This document shows, piece by piece, positions 19,701 to 28,700 of a stretch of 58,294 nucleotides of DNA. Position 1 is the first letter of the stretch, and every line of letters begins with the position of its first letter. Under the pieces are notes generated by a model, which worked only from the letters and a program-made list of their open reading frames with translations, was not told where the DNA came from and ran no database searches. Source of the stretch: a virus (lineage: Duplodnaviria; Caudoviricetes); IMG/VR virus record IMGVR_UViG_3300025767_000021, positions 1 to 58,294 of that record, one strand, 5' to 3'. The translations under genes were made by a program, and so were the position numbers.

Positions 19701-22700
19701 AAAGGGAGAAAGTTCATTATTAACTGCAATTGCTGGTAACACACCAAACTTTAAATGGACTATTGATGAACCCAAGTTGGTAACAAATGGTACTATTGTA
19801 ACTTCATCTTCCGATACTTCTAATGTTGAAAATATTGTAACCAATTATGGTATCATAACGGATATAATTACAAATGGTACATCCGTAGCTCCAACTGAAG
19901 TTACCAATTGGACTGGTAGTATTAAAGTAACCGATACAACTCAATACACAAATGGTAGTTCAGTTGCAACTTCTACTGAAGGAACTTTGGTTAGTTCATC
20001 TATTTCAATCGTAAAAACCGCAGTTGAATTGGGAACTGGTTCATTACCTTCTTTACTTGAAAATAGTTCAAGTATTTATGTGGGTGGTGTTGCACCTATA
20101 ACAAACGCAACAACCGCTTCATCTGCGGAAGTAAACAAAGTAAGTTCTTCATTTGCAATCGTATTAGATATTGTAGAAAATGGAACGGGTTCACTTCCAA
20201 CCATAGTTGAAAACATTTCAGAAAATATTAAATTTACTTCGGCAACTCAAATTACAAATTCGGGTAGTGCTGATAGCGATGATGTATCATTTATTTCATC
20301 TTCATTCGCAATTGTAACATCAATTGTAACAAATGGAACTGGTTCACTTCCAACTAAGAGTGATTATGGTTCTCCATTAACCGCATCTAATGTAGTTGCG
20401 GCTTACAACTTATTGATTGATAACATTTCATTCATTCAAGATGAAACAATCGCTTATCTATCATCTTCTTGGAGTACTGCTTCATACGATGAAGCTAAGT
20501 GTAGAAGAGATGTTGGATTTATTGTAAGTGGAGCAGCGGAAGATTTATTACATGGTGTGGTATCTCAATCGGTTGTAAATGGTGAGTTTTATTATAATTT
20601 CCCATCAAAGGCAGAAACTATACAATTAAACCAAACAATTGATGGTATCAATTACGCAAGTAAGTTATCACAAAAAATTGTACAAAACGAATTATTCGAA
20701 ACCGCATCATCCGAAAGAAGAGCCGCTTGGGATTTAATTGATTCCAACATTGAGTTCATCAAAGATGAAACTATACTCTACCTTTCTTCTTCTTGGAGTA
20801 CATTCGATTATAATGAGGTAACTTGTAAGAGAGATGTAGGATACATCTTAGATGCAGTAAGAACTGATATCTACTATGGTGGTAACGAACGAAGTGTAAT
20901 TGCAGGGGAGTACTACTACCTATATCCATCTCAGGCAACTGTTGGAAACGATGGTGATACTGGTGGAGAATTAAACCAAACTTTAGATGGTATCAACTTT
21001 GCACGAAGATTGGCAGAAAAGGTAGTTGAACAAGCTACATTCACTCAACCATCTCAAGCGGTATTGGATGCTAAAGATTTATTAGTAAACAACAAACAAT
21101 TCATCGCTGATGAGGTGGTAGCATTTGTATCATCTTCTTGGAGTGAAGTTGTGTACAATGAAACAACTTGTAAGAGAGATACTGGATACATCTTAGATGC
21201 CGCAATTACCGACTTGGTATATGGTGGTAATGAAAGAAGTAGAGTAGCAGCAGAATACTATTATAGATACCCATCATCCGCAGTAGTGGGTGGTGTTCCA
21301 TCAACAACTCAACAAAAAGACCCAACAGTCGATGCTATTGAGTACTTGGTTGGCATCTCACAACAAATCGTATTAGGAACTACATTTACATCAGCGGATA
21401 GTACAAAAGTTTCCATTGCAAATACTGTTAGAGAAAACAAAGCATACATCCAACAAAGTGTGTTGGATTACATAAATTATAGATACGCATATCTAAACTA
21501 TAACCAATCTAAATGTTATAGAGATATTGGGTTTATCACAGATGCAATCTTAACTGATTTAGTTTATGGTGGTAATCAAAGAAGTATCCAAGCTGGTTCA
21601 TTCTATTACAAATTCCCATCTCAAGCTACTGGCTTCCAATTAGATGAAACTATTGTAGGTATTAACTATGGTAGGGATTTAACCGAAATGATTATTAGAG
21701 GAGCTAAGCAAATTGAAGATTCATTTGATGTGGTTGTTAAGATTATTGAAAGTGGTAGTTCGGTACAAACCGATAAAACCATTGGATTGGCTTATAATGG
21801 TTTACCAATTTCACAAGTGGGTACTCCAAAGAACTCTTATGGTGATAACTTAATCACTACTACTATTGGTACAATTTTACCTGATGATGTAACTGAAGTA
21901 TTGAATGTTGTGGGTGGTATTAAATTTAATGATAACACACAATACTCTTCTTCTATATCAGCATCAGCTACTTTATCGGCTGAAATCTCAGAATCATTCA
22001 GAACTGTAATTGATATTATTGATTATGGTATTAGTGGTTCACAACAAATATCAGGTTCGGCTAACTCATCTTCATATTTTGAAGTAATTACTTTACCGAA
22101 TGATACTGAAGCATTTTATTTTACACAAGAACAACTTCAATATTTTGATGGAAGAAATGGTTGGAGATTGGGTGGTGAAGATACTGGTTCATTCGAAGGT
22201 TCAATTAAAGACCCAACTATTACATTGGTTAGAGGGGAAATGTATAATTTCTCAATCAATGATATGGGATTTGAAGATAGTACAATCAATAGACCATTGT
22301 TAATCAAAACTAAGAGAACTGCTGGTACTGTTTATGATGTATATGAAAGTATTGGATTGGTAAACAATGGTATCACATTTGGTACAATTACTTTTACACC
22401 ATTAGCTGATACGCCTGATACACTTTACTATGTAAATCCAAATAATATTTCGGCAAGTGGTGTAATCAATATTGTAGATAGTTTACCACTTTCAGATGAG
22501 CAAGAATTGGTATATGTTCCAACTAAGGGTGAGTTTGAAAAAGTATTAAATACTGCTGGTAATATCAAAGTATCAACAGCTACTCAATACACTTCTTTAT
22601 TGAACGCTTCTATTAGTGAAAGAAATAATATTAGTTCTTCAATTAGTACTGTAATTAATGTATTGGAAAGTGGAAGTTCAGTAGCACCAACTATTGTAAA

Positions 22701-25700
22701 AACAATTGATGGTTTGATTAAGAGAGGTGATGTGAATCAGATAACTTCTTCATTAAGTATTTCATCTGGTACACTTTCAAAAATATCTTCATCATTTGCA
22801 ATCGTATTGGATATTATCCAAAATGGAACTGGTTCATTGCCAACTCAAATCGATAATACAACTGAAGGTATTAAAGTAACTAATCTATCTCCGGGTATTG
22901 GAGAACTTGAGGATTACACTGGTATTTTACCAACAATATCCGCATCATTTGCAATTGTATCTGATGCAATATTAAATGGAACTGGTTCAACACCAACTGC
23001 ATCACTTTATGGTTCTCCAGTAAATGATACTGATATCATAACCGCATATGGTTTGATTACCTCAAGTGTAGCATTTATTCAAGCTGAAACAATAGCTTAC
23101 TTATCATCATCTTGGTCAACTTTCGAATACAACGAAGCAAGTTGTAGTAGAGATGTTGGATATATCGTAAATGGTGTGGCTGAGGATTTAAGATATGGTG
23201 TAGTATCTGCATCGGTGGTAAACGCTAAGTACTACTATGAATTCCCATCTGAAGCAACATCATCACAAGCAAATCAAACAGTAGATGGTATCAACTATGC
23301 ATATAGATTGACCGAACAAATTATCAAAGGTGTATCATTCGTAACTGCATCACAAGATAGATTGGATACTGAAACTATCATTAGAAATAATGTGAACTTT
23401 ATCAAAGAAGAAGCAATCACATTCTTATCTTCAAGCTGGTCTACATTTGATTACAACGAAATTACTTGTAAGAGAGATATCGGATACATCTTAGATGCTA
23501 CCATTACTGATATTGTATATGGTGGTAACGAAAGAAGTATCAACGCAGGTGTATTCTATTACAAATATCCATCTGAAGCAACTGGTTCACAATTATTCCC
23601 AACATTGGATGGTATTCAATATGCTGGTGAAGTTACTAAAGAAGTGGTTAGTGGTTCAATATTTATCGAACCATCTTCAGTTAAATTAAACGCATACGAA
23701 TTAGTACATCAAAATAGAGAACTAATCCAAGATGAAGTAATTTCTTACATCTCATCTTCTTGGAACTCATTTGATTACGATGATGTTAAGTGTAGACGAG
23801 ATGTAGGATACATCTTAGATGCAGCAACAACTGATTTCATCTACGGAGGAAATGAGAGAAGTGTAATCGCTGGAGATTTCTATTATAGATATCCATCACA
23901 AGCAACGGGTTCACAATTGAATCAGACAGTAGATGGTATCGTTTACGCTCAGAGATTGGCGGATAAAATGTTAAGTAACACTCTCTTAGTAACCGCATCG
24001 TTGGAAAGAAGAGAGGTTTATGATTTAATTGAACGAAATAGAGAATTAGTACAAGATGAGGTAATTTCTTACATTTCATCTTCTTGGGTTGGATTTGATT
24101 ACGACCAAAACAAATGTAGAAGAGATGTTGGGCATATCTTAGATGCCGTTGCAACTGACTTGAGATATGGTGGTAACGAAAGAAGTGTTATTGCTGGTGA
24201 GTACTATTGGTTATACCCATCGGATGCAACTGAAGGACAGAAAGTAGAAACTATCGATGGTATCGTACATGCAGCTAACTTAGTTCAAAAGATTGTTCAG
24301 AATGTGGTACTACAATTACCATCATCCGATAAGTTGGAAGTTTGGAATACTATTAGAAACAATAGAACACTAATCCAAGATGAGACTGTTGAGTATATTG
24401 ATTATGCATTCCCATTCTTAAACTACAATAAAACAAAATGTAGAAGAGATGTTGGACACATTTTGGATGGTGTAGCAACTGATGTTCTATGGGGTGGTAA
24501 CCAAAGAAGTGTGAAGAGTGGTGATTTTTATTATAGATATCCATCATTAGCAACCGGTGTTCAAATTGAAGAAACTATTGCTGGTATCAGATACGCTCAA
24601 AGTTTATTGAAAAATATCGTAGTTGATAATACTTTAGAATCACCATCATTAGTTCTTAATACGGATGGAAACATAAGGGTAACTTCATTTGAACCTACAT
24701 TATCTTCAATTGCATTGAGTGGTTCATATCAAACCGAAGTTAGTAAATCGATAGATAGTGTAACTGGAATTATTACAACTGGAATTAAATCGTACACTCC
24801 AACTACTGCAACTTACAATCCTGCAACTGGTGATTTCGCAATGACAATCGTAAGACATGGTTTAAGTGTTGGTGATAGTATCTATCTAAAACCTGAATCA
24901 TTCACATTCACTTGTGAAATGGATGGTAATAGAACCGAACACAAATTACCTTCAGCTGGACAACCTGCATACGATAGTAGATTAACCATTAAATCAGTAA
25001 CATCAAACACTGTAACTGTAAATGTTGGAGCATCTGGTCCAAACATTGAGTTCAACCCAACTAACGCATCTTATGACCCAGCAACTGGTGATTTCGTAAT
25101 CACTGTTGGGGAACATACTTTAAGTGTTGGTGAGGGGGTTGTACTTGCAACTGGTTCATTCGCATTTACTTGTGAAATGGATAATAACCAATCGGTTAAA
25201 TCTTACCCTCGATTTGGAATCGACCAATATTCAGTTCGTTCATTACCAATCACTGCGGTAAGTGATACTACGATGACAGTAAATGTTGGAGCATCTGGTC
25301 CAAACAAATACTTCACACCTGTATCTGCCTCTTACAACGCATTAAGTGGTGATATGACTCTGACTGTAAGTGAATCATTCGGATTGGGAGTTGGTAGAAG
25401 TGTGGTGTTAGAAAACGAATCATTCGCATTCACTTGTGACCAAGATGGTGATTTAACAACTCACTCTTATCCAAGAAGTGGTTCAGACCCATACGCTGAA
25501 AAATCAATTGTGATTACTTCAGTTGGTACAACATCACATACTCCAACCGATGCTCCTTACAACCCATCAACTGGTGTGGTAACATTAACAATTGCAAATC
25601 ACGGATTTAGTAATGGTGATTATGTGAAAGTTGATGATGGTGCATTGACTTATACTTGTGTATCTGATAACAACCAAACCGAACATTCGTACCCAAGAGC

Positions 25701-28700
25701 TGGATATGATTATCCATCTGGTAGATGGTTGGAAATTTCTAATGTAACTACAAACACATTCGATATCAATGTAGGTTCTTCATCTTACTTAGGTGAACAC
25801 ACATTCATATCAGCAACTACAAATGGTATTAAGAGACAAGATGGTACATTCACAATCAATGTAGGAGATGCTGGAAGTGCTTCTGGTTCAATCCATACAT
25901 TCGTATCAGCTTCACAAAATGCAGTTAAGCACGAACCACAATCGGTTCATACTTTCGTATCGGCATCAAACGGAGCTGTGAAACACTTACCACAATCTAC
26001 TCACACATTTGTGAGAACACAACGAGATTCGGTAACTACATTACCTGTATTAACTGAATCAATTGAGGGATTAATTAAGATTAACGATATCGAACAATAC
26101 ACATCATCATTAAGTGGTAGTGAAGTTGAGGCAGGATATGTAACTCGTAGTGTAGGATTCATCAACGATATTATCAGATTTGGAACTGATGATATTCCAT
26201 TCGCATTAGCTAAGTGGTATGATGATACTTTAGATGTACCTCAAAACTTAACTACTGGTTCTTATGTAACCGCTAGTGGTACTTACACAACTACAACTGA
26301 GTTTGGTATCGTAAGTTCATCATTTGGTCAAATTATCAATATTATTGAAAATGGTATTGGTTCATTGCCAACATTGGTGAACAACTCATCTAACAATATT
26401 AAAGTAACTGATACAACTCAATTTACTTCTTCACTAAGTGGTTCATCAACCGAACTTTCGAAAGTGAACGCAAGTGTGGGTATCATTGAAAATATTGTTC
26501 AAAATGGATTGAGTGTTAAACCTACAATCGTATTTAACAACTCAGATAGAACAAACTTAATCAAAGTAACTGATACTGCACAAATCACATCAGCTAGTTT
26601 TGGTGATAGATTACAACAAAGATTGATTTCATCATCAATAGCAGTTGTTCTTGATATTGTGGAAAATGGTACTGGTTCATTACCAACTATTGAAGATTAT
26701 GGTGATGCATCTGATGCACCAAAAACAATCGCAGCTTATAACTTATTAAAGTTAAACATTCCGTTTATTCAATCGGAAACAATCGCTTACCTATCTTCTT
26801 CTTGGAGTAATTTGGATTATAATGAAGCAAGTTGTAGTAGAGATGTTGGATTGATTATCTCAGGCGCAGCAGAGGATATGTTACATAACTCACTTTCTGC
26901 TTCAGTTGTAAATGGTAAGTTCTACTATGAATTCCCATCTGCAGCAATTGTAAGTGGTAGTTCATCACCAACATCATCCGCACAATTAGTACCAACTTTA
27001 GATGGTATTAAATACGCTGGTAGAATGGCTGAGAACATCGTAAGAGGATATACTTATGTAACTTCTTCACAAGCGGTTTCTGCTTCAGTAGAATTGATTA
27101 GAAACAACAAAGAATTCATCAAAGAAGAAACAATCGCATTCATCTCTTCATCTTGGAGTGATTTTGATTACAATTCCGTAACTTGTAAGAGAGATGTTGG
27201 TTTTATCTTAGATGCGGTAGCAACTGATTTACTTTACGGAGGTAACGAAAGAAGTGTAACCGCTGGTGATTTCTATTATAGATATCCATCTTCGGCAATC
27301 GTAGGTGGTGTACCTTCAGCAACTCAACAAAAAGACCCAACGGTAACTGCAATCGATTTCGTTCAAAATATGGTAACTGAAGTGGTTAGTGGTTCGGTAT
27401 TCGTAACCGCATCTTCGGAAGTTGAATATGTGTACGATGCACTTCGATTGAATAGAGGATTTATCCAAAACGAAACTATTGCATTTGTAAACGCTAAGTA
27501 TCCAAACTTAGATTACAACGAAGCAAGTTGTAGAAGAGATACTGGATTCATCGTAGATGCGGTGGCAACTGATTTAAGATGGGGTGGTAACCAAAGAGCA
27601 TTAACTGCTGGTGAATTCTATTATAGATTCCCATCTCAGGCAACTGGATACCAATTAACCGAAACTGTTGATGCACTAATCTACGCTAGAGATTTAAGTG
27701 AGAAAATCATTGATAAAGAAACTCTATTTGTTCCAACTGGAAGTTTGAATACCGATAATGGAATCAAAGTAACTTCATTCTCACCTGCAACTGGTGGTAG
27801 TGTAACTGATATTTCAGTTCTTAACACAATTTCATCTTCGTTCGCAATTGTATCGGATGCAATCTTAAATGGAACGGGTTCAACCCCAACCGCATCGGCG
27901 TATGGTTCTCCATTGACAAGTTCAAACATCGTAACTGCTTACGGATTGATTACTGCAAGTGTACCATTCATTCAAGCGGAAGTTGTAGAATATATCTCAT
28001 CTTCTTGGGTTGGATTTGAATACGATGATGTTAAATGTGCTAGAGATGTAGGATTTATTGTAAATGGTGTTGCAACCGATTTATTACATAATTCAGTTTC
28101 CGCATCAGCTACAAATGCTAGAGAGTATTATAGAGCAACTAAATTATCTGAAGCAACTGGTTCACAAAGAATGCAAACATTTGATGGTATCAATTACGCA
28201 TACCAATTGACAGAACAAATTGTGAAAGGCGTAACCTTTGATTTCCCAACAACTCAGATATCAGCATCTGTATCATTGATTAGAGGTAACAAACACTTTA
28301 TCCAATCGGAATCAATCGCATACCTAAGTTCGTCTTGGGAAGGATTTGAATATAACCAAGAAACTTGTAAGAGAGATGTAGGATATATTGTAGATGCAGT
28401 AGCAACCGATTTACTTTATGGTGGTAACCAAAGAAGTAAGATTGCTGGTGAATTCTACTACAAATTCCCATCTAACGCAACAACTTCAGAATTAGAACCA
28501 ACTATAACTGGTATCAAATACGCTGGTGATGTGGCAAGTAAATTGGTACAAAACGAAGTATTTGTAACCGCATCTGCTGAAAGAGTAGCTGGAAATAGAG
28601 TAATCTTAGATAATAAAGAATTTATCCAAAACGAAGTAATCGCTTATGTATCTTCTTCTTGGAGTGATTTCGATTATAACGAAGCTAGTTGTAGTAGAGA

